Source: Terrimicrobiaceae bacterium (GTDB taxonomy: Bacteria; Verrucomicrobiota; Verrucomicrobiia; Chthoniobacterales; Terrimicrobiaceae). From it: a DNA stretch of 64,000 bases. The translations under genes were made by a program, and so were the position numbers. This document shows, one piece after another, positions 36,415-46,965 of the stretch. Numbering within the stretch: position 1 is the first letter of the stretch; every line of letters starts with the position of its first letter. The stretch spans positions 128,001 through 192,000 of the forward strand of contig JBGSVZ010000038.1 in NCBI GenBank assembly GCA_041752695.1, given 5' to 3'. The notes beneath the pieces were generated by a model. The model was given only the letters and a program-made list of their open reading frames with translations. It was not told the origin of the DNA and did no database searches.

Positions 36415-38499
36415 TCAGTCGGAAAATGTGGTCTCTAACAGACGCAAGAAGTCCACCGATTCTCTGTCGGCCAGGGAATACATGATGTCCGCCAGCCCCC
36501 GGCTGGTCGAGGTGATCTCGGGATAAGGGGTGTCGGTCACATCGACAAAACCAATCTGGTAGTTTTCGCCGGGTTTGCCGACGGTCGGACGCGCCGCGGC
36601 CGACTGGTCGGTGTAGGCGAACCAATGGGTGCCGACGATGTTGGGCTGAAGTACGGCGTCGATAACATAGGCCGCGTAGGCACGGCTGCGTTGAAGTTGG
36701 TCGCCCACGGAAGTCAGTCCCACGCCGGGCACACCGCGGTCGGGCGCGCCGAAGTGGAATTCCGCGATGAGACAGGGTTTGTCGAAAGCTTTGGGAAGCA
36801 AGGTGACGGCCAAGGGCATGTATCGGTTGACACTTAAAACATCCACATATCGGGTCGCTTCCTCGTAGATCCCGGGGCTCGCCTTGTGCATCCGCGATCC
36901 GAGGTAGAGGTGATTCGGCAAAACCTTGCGCATCATGTCGTGGCAGACCTTGTAATAGCGGTTCGCGGTGAGTCGTTCGAGCGACTTGCGGTCCTCCTTG
37001 AAGGCTTCCGACTCAACCGGAAAGGCATCCAGGGTTTCCCATGAGCCATACTTGGTGGACCACGCCGCGTTGAGTTTTTCGATGGTGACATACTTTTCCT
37101 GCAAGAAGGCAAATACCGCTTTTCGAGCAGGCATATCAGGTTTTCCGGCCAAGGCCTTTTGGACAAAATCCTCATACCATCCCAACTCATTGTCGATGAA
37201 GACTCCGATACACCAGGGGTCCGATCCCGATGGTCCGAGTAGCTTTTGAAGTCCATCCTCGACGCGTTTTTCAAATTCCGCGGAGAACGGATCCGGCAGG
37301 TTTTTGCCGAGCGGATTGATCCCGCGCCAGACATGAAGGATCGGAGTGTATGGCGTTTTGGGGTTCGTATACAAATTCTTGTCCGACCATGCGCCGACCG
37401 TATTCATGCCCCATCGGCGCAGACGGGTATGAATGCGGTGATAGGCGTTGTCCTTCCAGTCCGGGCCATAGGTCCGGTTTAGATTGGCGATCATGAAGTG
37501 AATATTGTTGTCGATGTGTGCTTCTCCGATATCCGTCCCTGACGGTATCCAGGCAAAAAGGGCCTCGCGATCTGGAGCGGGCGTTCGTTGATCAAAGCCG
37601 ACGGAGTTGGCCCCATGGGAAAAGAAGAGGCGGCCGTCTGGATCAACAAACCACCAGCGCCCTTTGTATTTCTCCACGCGGAAGAAGCCCGTCGCCTCTA
37701 ATTGTGGCCCGTCCTTCCACCCGCCATATTGATTAAAGCTGGCCGGACCGGCATCGTCCTGAGCTTCGCGGACTTCTTGGTGGGTGCGCGCTTCCAAAGC
37801 TTCTTCGGAATGAAGTTTCCCGGGCCAATCCAGTTGCCGCACCTGACCATACTTGTCCAGGTAGGGGAGTTCGAGAAGACGGGCGTTCGCCTTGGCACCA
37901 TATGGCTGGGCGAGGCTGAGTTGAATGTCTGAGAGGTTGAGCGTGCTGGACGCAGAATGAATCACCAGCCGGCAGGCCACGACGTTCTCGGGCTGGAACG
38001 GCATCCAATGTCCCCGGAATCCATTGGGTCGGCTGCCCTGCAGATGAAAGATTTCCGGGGAGTCGTCCGCGTTTGCGGCTCTTTGGAAGGGAAATCCCAG
38101 GGTTGCCCTTTCGCCCGGCATGATGAATGCCATGCTGGAAGAGCTGTTTTTCCAATCGACCGCACCCTCATTGTCGAGACGTCCCCGGATCCAAACCAAC
38201 CCATCTCCGTTATTTGTCACATCCACACGAAAATAGGAGAATCCCGACAGATCCCAATGGCCTTCCTCCGGTCGCAGAATGATGGTGCAGGCCTTATCTT
38301 TGATTTCGCCGGAAAGGTGAAGAGTACCCGCATTGGCAATTGAGTGCTCGATGGACGGGGGCGAGGTTACCGCAAGGTTCTCGAGGACGACACGGGGCTC
38401 CAGCAACTCCTCAATCGGTGTCACTGGCCCTGCGCCTTGCAGGAGCGCCGGGAGGAAGCCGACGATTATTAATGGGAGACTTTTAGTGTTTATAGACAT
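36415..38499 (-). CDS. GH50-like (beta-agarase/beta-galactosidase family) hydrolase
   Basis: ATGFFRVEK..GRWWFVDPDG, FIDNELGW and EFHFG motifs. Confidence 0.85.
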   Translation of the reverse strand: MSINTKSLPLIIVGFLPALLQGAGPVTPIEELLEPRVVLENLAVTSPPSIEHSIANAGTLHLSGEIKDKACTIILRPEEGHWDLSGFSYFRVDVTNNGDGLVWIRGRLDNEGAVDWKNSSSSMAFIMPGERATLGFPFQRAANADDSPEIFHLQGSRPNGFRGHWMPFQPENVVACRLVIHSASSTLNLSDIQLSLAQPYGAKANARLLELPYLDKYGQVRQLDWPGKLHSEEALEARTHQEVREAQDDAGPASFNQYGGWKDGPQLEATGFFRVEKYKGRWWFVDPDGRLFFSHGANSVGFDQRTPAPDREALFAWIPSGTDIGEAHIDNNIHFMIANLNRTYGPDWKDNAYHRIHTRLRRWGMNTVGAWSDKNLYTNPKTPYTPILHVWRGINPLGKNLPDPFSAEFEKRVEDGLQKLLGPSGSDPWCIGVFIDNELGWYEDFVQKALAGKPDMPARKAVFAFLQEKYVTIEKLNAAWSTKYGSWETLDAFPVESEAFKEDRKSLERLTANRYYKVCHDMMRKVLPNHLYLGSRMHKASPGIYEEATRYVDVLSVNRYMPLAVTLLPKAFDKPCLIAEFHFGAPDRGVPGVGLTSVGDQLQRSRAYAAYVIDAVLQPNIVGTHWFAYTDQSAAARPTVGKPGENYQIGFVDVTDTPYPEITSTSRGLADIMYSLADRESVDFLRLLETTFSD

Positions 38500-40480
38500 C
38501 CTCAGTGAGTGTGACCTGCAGAATGGTCACATAAGGGGTTTGATCATAATCCACCTGCTGGATGGTAATGGTGTTGTCGTCGTTCTTTTTCCAGGGAAGT
38601 TCTTTGCCGGAATAGAGGTCGGTGACCCTGGCAACCTTCCTGGCCCCGATGGATTGAGTCGTGAAGGTCCCGGTGGCTTTGTCCCGGTACTCCGCATAGA
38701 TGTGGCAGAAAATGTTGTTCCCCGCGTAAGTGAACCCATACTCGCCGTGCAGAGGCTGCCAGGGCCCGCCACGCGTTTTGTAGATGGCCGGGCCGACTTT
38801 TTCGAGCCATTGGCCTGTTTGCTGAAGGACATCCTGCTGATTCTTCGGAATGACACCCTCGCGGTCCGGCGCGACGTTGAGCAACAGATTGATGTTTCTC
38901 ACCACGCAGTCAGAGAGAAAAACGGCCACCTCTTCAAAGGTGTGGACTTTTGCATTGGGCACGTAGCCCCATCCGCCTTTCTGCACGGACATGCATTTCT
39001 CCATGTGCTGCTCCGTGCGGATGTTGCCGGTAGTTGCCGCCGAGCCTTCCTCGCCGTGCACATCGCCCACCCAACCGAAGCGTTCATTGACGATCATCTT
39101 CGGCTGGTGTTTGCGGACCAGCCCCATGACTCCGAGCGCCTTGCCGGAAGCTTTTTCTCTCTCCAGAAATGCTTCGCCGACCTGCCATTCGCCTTTTGGA
39201 TCCTGGTGTTGCCCGGTGTCCCAGAAACGGTCTTCCAGTTCGCGATCCACACTCTGTCCGAGATAGCCACCGTCCCAGAACATGTATTCGATGGGACCGT
39301 AGTTCGCGAGGAGCACGGACAGTTGCTCGTATACCTCCTCCTTCATCAGCCGGGCATTTTCCGGGTGCCAGTCCTCGGCGGTGTATCTCCAGACATTAGG
39401 CTTAAGGTTTTTTCCGGTCACGTTGTAGTAACCGGGGTATCGCCAACTCATGGGGGAATAGTAGAGGCCGACATGCAGTCCGGACTTCCTGATGGCGTCC
39501 GTGTATTCCTTGATCAGATCCCGGTTGAGTTGTTTGACGCTGGTCCAACTGTTGGGATGCTTGCTGTCGAAGAGGGCATAGCCGTCATGGTGCCTGGTGG
39601 TCAGGACCGCGTATTTCATGCCCGTGCGCTTGGCCAGCTCCGCCCATTCGGCGGGATTGAAGCGGGAGGCGGTGAATCCGTTTTCCGGGTCTTCGGCGCG
39701 AGCCCGATATTCTTCAGGCGTGTAGGGTTTTGTGTGCATGACCCACTCGGCGCCCTTGTCGATTGCGGAATAGACGCCCCAATGGATGAACATCCCGAAC
39801 TTGGCGTCGAGATACCATTCCATGTCCCTGGCGGGCAGGGTCTTCACCCCGCCTTCGGATTTTTGCCCAGGCACTACCTGCTCAATAAACTCCCGCACTG
39901 TCGGCTCCGGTGCTTCGCCCTGATACTCGAGTTCCAAGGAATCGACGTATCCTTTTCCCGGCCCGGCGCGATGCCAAAGGGTGATCAAAACGGAATCGCA
40001 AGTATGCGCCGAGGTGAAGTCCAGCGATACCTTCGTATATTCTGTCAGGGCGCTCGCAACGGATAGTGTCGGTCCTCCGTAGTCTTGGGCGACGAGTTCG
40101 ACCTGCTCGGCCCCCGACTCGGTCTTGACCCATGCGGACAAGCGGTAGCGGCTGTCGGGACGAATCTTGACTTCTTGGACGCATCTCGCGCTTTCCGGCC
40201 CCAAAGCCACGGCATGTTGACCGGCCTGCGCGTTGGGGGAAATTTCAGCACGGCGGAGTCTCCAATCTTTCCATCCGGTCAAGTTCCCCGTTTCAAAATC
40301 CGGGTTGACGATCTTGGCCACGAAAGTTGCCTCGGCGGCGCCCGATGGGGCAAGCTGAGGATCATTCTTTGCGAAAAGTTGAGAAGACATAGCGGTGATG
40401 AAAAAAGTGAGGATGAGCAGCCGCGTTGGGGAGGAGCGATTTCGGCAGGAGTTGCGAGACTTATGGAGTGGTGTGGTCAT
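38483..40480 (-). CDS. Alpha-L-fucosidase, GH29, with N-terminal CBM-like domain
   Basis: NPDFETG domain, KFGMFIHWG, TTRHHDG and MFWDG motifs; start uncertain. Confidence 0.9.
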   Translation of the reverse strand: MTTPLHKSRNSCRNRSSPTRLLILTFFITAMSSQLFAKNDPQLAPSGAAEATFVAKIVNPDFETGNLTGWKDWRLRRAEISPNAQAGQHAVALGPESARCVQEVKIRPDSRYRLSAWVKTESGAEQVELVAQDYGGPTLSVASALTEYTKVSLDFTSAHTCDSVLITLWHRAGPGKGYVDSLELEYQGEAPEPTVREFIEQVVPGQKSEGGVKTLPARDMEWYLDAKFGMFIHWGVYSAIDKGAEWVMHTKPYTPEEYRARAEDPENGFTASRFNPAEWAELAKRTGMKYAVLTTRHHDGYALFDSKHPNSWTSVKQLNRDLIKEYTDAIRKSGLHVGLYYSPMSWRYPGYYNVTGKNLKPNVWRYTAEDWHPENARLMKEEVYEQLSVLLANYGPIEYMFWDGGYLGQSVDRELEDRFWDTGQHQDPKGEWQVGEAFLEREKASGKALGVMGLVRKHQPKMIVNERFGWVGDVHGEEGSAATTGNIRTEQHMEKCMSVQKGGWGYVPNAKVHTFEEVAVFLSDCVVRNINLLLNVAPDREGVIPKNQQDVLQQTGQWLEKVGPAIYKTRGGPWQPLHGEYGFTYAGNNIFCHIYAEYRDKATGTFTTQSIGARKVARVTDLYSGKELPWKKNDDNTITIQQVDYDQTPYVTILQVTLTEDVYKH

Positions 40481-40523
40481 CCTTGCGTTTGATGGAATTT
40501 TCGGGAAATGGCCGGCGCCCCAT

Positions 40524-41498
40524 TCAGTTCAGTTCTTCGAGCTTCGGCCCCGCTTCCTTGTCATTCTTCTTCTCCAGCGGCGGCAGGGGGCGGAGGATCT
40601 CGGCGCGCACGGCTTCTTCCGCCTCCCGATATTTTGGATGTTGATAGACCCGGATGTAATCGCACAGCGCCGCGTTCGGCAGCTTCGATTCGTCCACCCA
40701 TCGGTCTCCCTTGAGCGTGCTGGCAATGACGCTGAACCAGACACTCATGGCATCGTGGGGAAATCCTGCGGAACTCAGCTCTTTGGTCAGTCTCCCGTCG
40801 AAATAGAACCGGATGGTTTCCGGGGTAAATTCACACGACCACACATGAAAGTCTGCGGACGTGTCTGGGGCATCTTCGACGACCCAGCGTCCCGCGTTCC
40901 AGGATTGGCGATTCTTTTTTTGGTGGTAGCGGGACTGGTTGATAATGCCGAAACTAAAGAAATGCGGGTCGCCGCCATCCTGTTCGCAGAAGTCCAGCTC
41001 GAGCAGGGCCGAAGGCCCGGGCGGCTGGCCAGGAAAGGAATGTCGCATGGCCCAGAACGCCGTGTGCCAACCTTCGGCGGGAGGCGTCTTGAAGCGGGCC
41101 TCGTAATAGCCGTAAACAAAAGTCTCCCGACTGATGACACCGCCGCCGGTGTAGTCCTTGCCGCGGACGGACTCCTTGCGCAGGTTGATGGCCAGAAGGC
41201 CGTCGCTCACCGAAATGTTTTCCTGCTGCTGCGTGCTAAGCATTTTGCTTTCAAGTCGGAAGCCCCATTTTTGGGTGTCAATTTTCTCGCCATTGAAATC
41301 GTCCTCGAAAACCAGTTCGTAGCCAGCTGGAGGCAGGGGAGTCACTTCGGTGGCGAGTGGAACCGGAATGTGGATCTTGCTGGTGAATTTCGGCCGTTTG
41401 GCTCCTCGGTCGGGCGACGGGGAAGCGGATGGACTGGCGGCAAACGCCTGGAGGGCACAAAAAGCGAGAAGAGACAAGACGACGGAGAGGGGTTTCAT
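40524..41498 (-). CDS. Glycoside hydrolase family 16
   Basis: LVFEDDF, YGYYEAR, AFW and ELDFCE catalytic motif. Confidence 0.88.
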   Translation of the reverse strand: MKPLSVVLSLLAFCALQAFAASPSASPSPDRGAKRPKFTSKIHIPVPLATEVTPLPPAGYELVFEDDFNGEKIDTQKWGFRLESKMLSTQQQENISVSDGLLAINLRKESVRGKDYTGGGVISRETFVYGYYEARFKTPPAEGWHTAFWAMRHSFPGQPPGPSALLELDFCEQDGGDPHFFSFGIINQSRYHQKKNRQSWNAGRWVVEDAPDTSADFHVWSCEFTPETIRFYFDGRLTKELSSAGFPHDAMSVWFSVIASTLKGDRWVDESKLPNAALCDYIRVYQHPKYREAEEAVRAEILRPLPPLEKKNDKEAGPKLEELN

Positions 41499-41551
41499 GA
41501 GTATTCAGTGGTTTGCAGACGTGGGGCGGAGTGGCTCTGGGGGATGATTTT

Positions 41552-42622
41552 TTAAAGAGGGTGATGAACGCCAGAAATGGTCTGTCCGTTCGCAGGCTGA
41601 TTCATGCCGGACGTGGCCTTAACGGGGATAATTTTTCCATCGGCGTCAAAGGTTAGTTCATCCACACAAACTGAGCGGCGGTAGCCATTGCCTCCGGACA
41701 CCTCCGCGGTGTGGTAAAAGACATACCACTTGCCCCGGAACTCGCCGACCATGCCGTGGTGCGTGCTGCAGGCGACGGGATGCATGACCCTGCCCTGATA
41801 GGTGAAGGGGCCGGTGGGCGAGTCGCCGATGGCATAGACGAGCGTGGTGTCTTTGGCCCAGCCGTTGGAATAGACAAAGTAGTAGCGGCCATCCCGTTTG
41901 AACATTGAAGGACCCTCGCCGTAGCCTGCGGGCAACTGCGGGTCTTTTTCGGGCGGAGCTTGGGGCACGGGCTCGCCCGAAGAGGTGAGGATGACCAATT
42001 TCTGCAATGGCCCCGCCAGCTTGGTCAGCGAAGGATCAAGCTTCACCGCCATCGGCTGGCGACACCCAAAGTAGAGCCAGGTCGTGCCGTCGTCATCGAC
42101 GAGGATCGCCGGGTCGATCGGCTCGACGCCTGCCTCGGGCATGGTGGCGTTCTCAATCAAGGGGGCGCCGATGGCGTCCGAGAAAGGGCCGTCGGGCTTG
42201 TCCGAAACCGCGACGCCGATCTTGCTTCGGTCGGTGGGCATGAAGAGATAATACTTGCCGTTGGCGGCGATGGCATCGGGAGCCCAGGCCTGCTTTTCGG
42301 CCCAGGCAAAGTTCTTCAACTTGAAGACCGCACCGTGGTCTTTCCACGTGACCATGTCGTCGGTGGAGAAAAGCCACCAGTCCACCATGTCGTAGGAGGT
42401 GGCGTTATCCCGGTCGTGCGAGGTGTAGACGTAGAGACGACCGTCAAAAACGCGGGCCGATGGATCGGCGGTGAACATGTGACGGACAAACGGGTTCGAT
42501 GCTTTCATGGTGGTGGTTAAGAGGGATAGGCAGATCAATAAGAGCAGAACAAAGCGCGCGGAAGAGTTTGAGAGTGGAGGCGTGAGGAGTGCCATTTGAA
42601 CGAGCAGGGGATTTTTGGACAC
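41552..42622 (-). CDS. Glycoside hydrolase family 43
   Basis: ADPSA, WAPD, IDP and EGP motifs; start uncertain. Confidence 0.88.
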   Translation of the reverse strand: MSKNPLLVQMALLTPPLSNSSARFVLLLLICLSLLTTTMKASNPFVRHMFTADPSARVFDGRLYVYTSHDRDNATSYDMVDWWLFSTDDMVTWKDHGAVFKLKNFAWAEKQAWAPDAIAANGKYYLFMPTDRSKIGVAVSDKPDGPFSDAIGAPLIENATMPEAGVEPIDPAILVDDDGTTWLYFGCRQPMAVKLDPSLTKLAGPLQKLVILTSSGEPVPQAPPEKDPQLPAGYGEGPSMFKRDGRYYFVYSNGWAKDTTLVYAIGDSPTGPFTYQGRVMHPVACSTHHGMVGEFRGKWYVFYHTAEVSGGNGYRRSVCVDELTFDADGKIIPVKATSGMNQPANGQTISGVHHPL

Positions 42623-42651
42623 AAAGATGACAAAGCCAAAAGTAGGGGATT

Positions 42652-42790
42652 TCAGGGGGATTCGTTGGGTAGCAGACGCGGGGCGGAGTGGCGTTGGGTG
42701 CGGATTTGTTTCAAAAGGACGCTGAGTTCGGCCACGCGCTCGGGGTACTCGGCGGCGAGGTCGTCATCTGCGGGTAGCTTGCCATTGTCC
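42652..42790 (-). pseudogene. Probable sulfatase C-terminal remnant
   Basis: DLAAEYPERVAELSVLLKQIR resembles the end of the 53700 sulfatase (NLASLHPERVEAMSQLLTEIR). Confidence 0.5.
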
Positions 42791-42862
42791 GGTTTCAGGA
42801 AGTCAGCGAAGGCAGAGTTAGTCACAAGCAGGGGGGCAGTCACAGTCTACGGAAGCGGGCTT

Positions 42863-44701
42863 TTACTCGCCGTAGATTTTCACAGTCTGGAGGTGGAGGG
42901 CGTCGGGATGTTCCAGGCGACGTTCGATCTTCACATAGCGTGCGTCCTTTCCGGGAATGTGTGCGCCAGCAACAAACCGGGACACCGGAATTTCCCAAGT
43001 GTCCGAGGTGTCGGCTGAAGTCCAAATTTCTTCCCACGTTTGACCGTCGCCTGAGAGTGAGACCACAACGTCGGTATTGCGCGCGGGATAACCCTCGCGG
43101 TTCTGAATAAGGATTCCGCGGATGGAACTTGCCTTGCCAAGGTCAATGACGGCATGGGGATTCTTTTCGAAATCCGTGTGAAAAGCGAACTGGTCTTTGG
43201 TCAGGCTCCCCTTGAACAATTCGGGGCGCCTGCTCTCGTTATCCCAATGGGAGACAGAGCTCAGTTTAAGCGTGGCTTGATCGGAAATCACGCTGCCATA
43301 TTCGGGGGCTTCGAAGAGGGATTTCCACTTCTTGGAAAAGATGATTTCCGTGACGGGCGTGTCCAGGGTTAGCTCAACGACGGTGCAAAGGGGGTCAATG
43401 CTTCCGGCAGGAACCGTGATTTCCAATTGGTCGCCGGTTTGTTGAAAGGGAATTTCCGGGCCACCGTGGATCGTGGCTTTTCGGACGCCGGGCTTCAGAC
43501 CCTCGAGGCGCAATGTGTTACCCTGGGGTATGCTCTTGATGTGCAAATAGACGGACGTGGCGCGACGGACGCTGCCGCCCCACTTGGCGGGTGTCCATGG
43601 ACCGCCCCGCGTGCCGGTGATGGCTTCCTGATTCTTTTTCACCCAAGCGCCAACGGTTTGGAGCGAGGCGATTTGGTGGGGGGCAAATGCCCCGCTCCAT
43701 TGCGGTCCCCAGCTCAGAAGCATGTTGCCATCACCGCAGAAGCTCGCGACCAGCATGTCCACAAGCTGCTTGGGTGATTTGGTTGGGGTGTCACTGTAAG
43801 ACCATGTCTCGCCCAGGCACATGCAGCTCTCCCAGGGGCGGTGGCTCTGAAACGTGCCGATCTTTTGTTCCGGCGTGTCGAAATCACCCGGCAGGCTGGC
43901 GCGGTTGTTGATCATTATGCCGGGTTGCATCTTGCGAATATTGCGGGTCAGGGCTTCAGCATCCCACATTTCGGGAATAAACATGTCGCCCCAAGTCAGG
44001 GCATCGAACCAGAAGATATCGACCTTTCCGTAGCTGGTGCAAAGTTCCCGGACGGCTTCATTCTGATATTTGACATAGCGCTGATGCGTCTCTCCCCGCC
44101 AATTGGTCGGCTCGTAGTCGGGGTGAATCCAGTCCCGTTGGGAGTAATAGATCCCAAACTTCATTCCGGCCTCGTGACAGGCATCGGCCACTTCCTTCAG
44201 AAAGTCGCGACCGAACGGTGTATTTGTGACCTTGAAGTCTGAAAGTTTGGTATCCCACATGTGGAAGCCATCATGGTGCTTGGCAATCACCACGATGTAT
44301 TTCATGCCGGCGTCCTTAGCATGTTCGACGAGTTGATTCGCATCGAAATCCGGCAGGGAAAAATCATCCTTCCATGCCATCCACTCCGACGCCGGGTAAG
44401 GTCCAGAACCTTTATCCGGGGCCTTGCGGACTTGGCAGACGCCCCAACTCAACTCGGCGTTTTTGTACGTCGAGAGCCCGAAGTGAACAAACATCCCGTA
44501 TTTGGCATCGCGGAACCATTGCAGTTCCTCGGGTGTTGCGAAGTTGCTTTTGTTCCAGGTTTTCTGAGAAAAGACTTCGAAGGCATGCGCCGGGATTCTT
44601 GGGCGGGTGTCATTCTCTAAAACAGACCACATGGCTTGGAGGGTGGGGTTAAGGGTGAGGCAAAGCGCCGTAGCGTAGGGGGAGAGTCGAGTGGCTTTCA
44701 T
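42863..44701 (-). CDS. Alpha-L-fucosidase, GH29, with C-terminal F5/8-type module
   Basis: KYGMFVHFGL, AKHHDGF, FWFD, DFDTPEQ and IDLG motifs. Confidence 0.9.
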   Translation of the reverse strand: MKATRLSPYATALCLTLNPTLQAMWSVLENDTRPRIPAHAFEVFSQKTWNKSNFATPEELQWFRDAKYGMFVHFGLSTYKNAELSWGVCQVRKAPDKGSGPYPASEWMAWKDDFSLPDFDANQLVEHAKDAGMKYIVVIAKHHDGFHMWDTKLSDFKVTNTPFGRDFLKEVADACHEAGMKFGIYYSQRDWIHPDYEPTNWRGETHQRYVKYQNEAVRELCTSYGKVDIFWFDALTWGDMFIPEMWDAEALTRNIRKMQPGIMINNRASLPGDFDTPEQKIGTFQSHRPWESCMCLGETWSYSDTPTKSPKQLVDMLVASFCGDGNMLLSWGPQWSGAFAPHQIASLQTVGAWVKKNQEAITGTRGGPWTPAKWGGSVRRATSVYLHIKSIPQGNTLRLEGLKPGVRKATIHGGPEIPFQQTGDQLEITVPAGSIDPLCTVVELTLDTPVTEIIFSKKWKSLFEAPEYGSVISDQATLKLSSVSHWDNESRRPELFKGSLTKDQFAFHTDFEKNPHAVIDLGKASSIRGILIQNREGYPARNTDVVVSLSGDGQTWEEIWTSADTSDTWEIPVSRFVAGAHIPGKDARYVKIERRLEHPDALHLQTVKIYGE

Positions 44702-46940
44702 GAAGCAATTTGTTTTGCAGTTCGCTCATGAAGGTCCACTTCACGTCCCCGTAGCTCCATCTTTTGCCTTTGTGGTCGGGAGTGACGTTGCCCTCCCACT
44801 TGCCGTTGGCGTTCCTGGCCACGGCCAGGGCGGTCCAGGAGCAGTCGCCTTTCTCGGAGTTGAAGGTCTCGCCGTCGTCGTCATAGAGCCTCATTTGGCC
44901 GGGCGCCTCGCCATAGTGACGAACTTCGAGGGCGACCGTCTCTCCGGCGGAGGGCGCCCTCAAGCGGGGTTCGATCATTGGGATAAGGGCACCGTCTTTG
45001 ACGAAGACCGGAATGGTGGCGAGCGAGGGCGTCACCTCGATGGTCTCATTGGCCCCCACCAAATTGCCGGTGTGAAAGTCATACCATTTGCCAGCGGGGA
45101 GAAGAACTTTGCGGGTCTTGACGCCGGGCGGGATGGGAGCGACGAGAAGGGAGTCGCCAAACATATATTGATCCTTTACCTCGCGGGCGGCGGGGGCGAC
45201 TTCGTAGGGGTTGGCCGTGGCGTCGAGTTTGCCAGCTTTGATCGTGGGGGTTTCGGCGGTGACGCCCGCGAAGAGTTGCATCGGGCGGATGGGCGGAGTG
45301 CCCTCGTAGCGATATTGGGCGAAGGTGTGGTAGAGATACGGCAGCAGGCGCCCGCGCAGCACGATGGCATCACGAATGTGATCCTTCACTTCCGCAAGGG
45401 ACCAGAGTTTCTGTTCCGAGGCCCAGCCGTTGTAAAGCGCGAGCGGGGAAAAGCAGACGGCCTGGGTGCGTCGGAGCATGTCCTCGCCATTTTTGCTGCC
45501 TCGCACTTCGGGCGACCACAGCACCCCGGCGAAACCGCTGTTCACCAGGGCGGTGATGTAGCCGCTGAACTCATAGTTGTCGTTGTAAATGACAAAGGGA
45601 TAGGGCGATGCTCCCGCATTGGTGCCGCGGATTTGTCCCATGGTGCGGCGGTTCGCCTGATGAAAGATATCGAAGACGGTCTTCTGCAGGAGGAGTCCGT
45701 AGGTCTCCCGGAGTTGCTCGCCGTCACGGCCCGACGGGAAGAGGGCGGCATCGGGCCAGAGGTATTTGTCAAAGCCGTCCACCTCATCGATTTTGAAGCC
45801 GCCAATTGCGGCGGGGTTGAGGTCAACCACGGTGCATTTGAGATGGTCGGCGAATATCTTTTGCGCCTCGGGCATGGTGTAGTCAGGCACAATTCCATTC
45901 CAGACCAGGTGCGTGCCAGCGTAGGGCAGCATCTTTTGGTAGAGGCGAGCGGAAGGCGGACCGATGTAGGGGTTGAACCAAAGGTTTGCGCGCACGCCTG
46001 CCGCGGCGAGTTGATCGAGGAACCCTTTCGGATCAGGGAAACGGGTCTTGTCCCACTCAAAGGAGCACGGGTAGGCGTGGTCCATCCAGCCGGGTTCAAG
46101 GCCGATCATATCGAGCGGGATGCCTTGTTTTTTAAACTCCGCAATGTCGGCCAGGACCTGTTCGGCGGTGTAGTTGGTGCGAACACGATTCATAAAACCA
46201 AGGCCCCATTTCGGGGGGAGGGCACCGCCGCCGGAGTAGAGGTTGTAGCGGCGCACGGCGTCGAGCGGGCTCGGGCCGGCGAAGACGTAAACGTCCATAC
46301 CCGGGGCGTTGGCTAGCACCTCGATGGAATCCGAACGGGGCTGAGCCTCCCACTGGGCGTTGACGAGTGAGGCACCTGGCGTGGAGGGCATGATTTTGTT
46401 GGTCGTGCGGTCAATGACGTCCGGCTTTTCTTTCGCGGCAAGGCGCACGCCGTGGCCGACGCTGACCTTGAGGTAGCGGGCGCTATCAAAGAGTACGGCA
46501 AAGCCCCTGGTTGAGACATAAAGAGGAACGGGGGCGTGCGTGCGGCCGGTGATACCGCGTAGACCGTCCCAGTGGTCCACATGGAGTTCAAACACCCCGC
46601 CGTTGCGGCGCATGGAGGAAAAGTCCACACCGAGTCCGTAGATGTCTTCGTCATTCCCGAGAGGAAATCGAACGGTGGTTCTGGAATGAAATGTGCGTCC
46701 GTCGATCTTCGCGGGATCGAGCGGAAAGGACGTTCTGGCCATCCGGTCCAGTGCCTCGCGGAAGGGCGTGCCACCCGCGGCGCTGAGCAGGGTGAATGAG
46801 TCGGCCTGACCGATGGTCGTCTTCCAAACGCCTGGAGCAACCTCAGCCCAGACAGGGGTGACTGGCTCGGGGATGGCCGCGTCCATTTTCACTGCGAACA
46901 AAGTGGCAAGCAGGGCGGCGACGATCGTGGGTCGTTTCAT
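44649..46940 (-). CDS. Glycoside hydrolase family 31
   Basis: PPKWGLG, GFKIDE, QYMFGDSLLVAP and LYDDDG motifs; signal peptide from ATG at 46940. Confidence 0.85.
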   Translation of the reverse strand: MKRPTIVAALLATLFAVKMDAAIPEPVTPVWAEVAPGVWKTTIGQADSFTLLSAAGGTPFREALDRMARTSFPLDPAKIDGRTFHSRTTVRFPLGNDEDIYGLGVDFSSMRRNGGVFELHVDHWDGLRGITGRTHAPVPLYVSTRGFAVLFDSARYLKVSVGHGVRLAAKEKPDVIDRTTNKIMPSTPGASLVNAQWEAQPRSDSIEVLANAPGMDVYVFAGPSPLDAVRRYNLYSGGGALPPKWGLGFMNRVRTNYTAEQVLADIAEFKKQGIPLDMIGLEPGWMDHAYPCSFEWDKTRFPDPKGFLDQLAAAGVRANLWFNPYIGPPSARLYQKMLPYAGTHLVWNGIVPDYTMPEAQKIFADHLKCTVVDLNPAAIGGFKIDEVDGFDKYLWPDAALFPSGRDGEQLRETYGLLLQKTVFDIFHQANRRTMGQIRGTNAGASPYPFVIYNDNYEFSGYITALVNSGFAGVLWSPEVRGSKNGEDMLRRTQAVCFSPLALYNGWASEQKLWSLAEVKDHIRDAIVLRGRLLPYLYHTFAQYRYEGTPPIRPMQLFAGVTAETPTIKAGKLDATANPYEVAPAAREVKDQYMFGDSLLVAPIPPGVKTRKVLLPAGKWYDFHTGNLVGANETIEVTPSLATIPVFVKDGALIPMIEPRLRAPSAGETVALEVRHYGEAPGQMRLYDDDGETFNSEKGDCSWTALAVARNANGKWEGNVTPDHKGKRWSYGDVKWTFMSELQNKLLHESHSTLPLRYGALPHP

Positions 46941-46965
46941 ACAGCAGCCGTCCGATAAGAGAAAT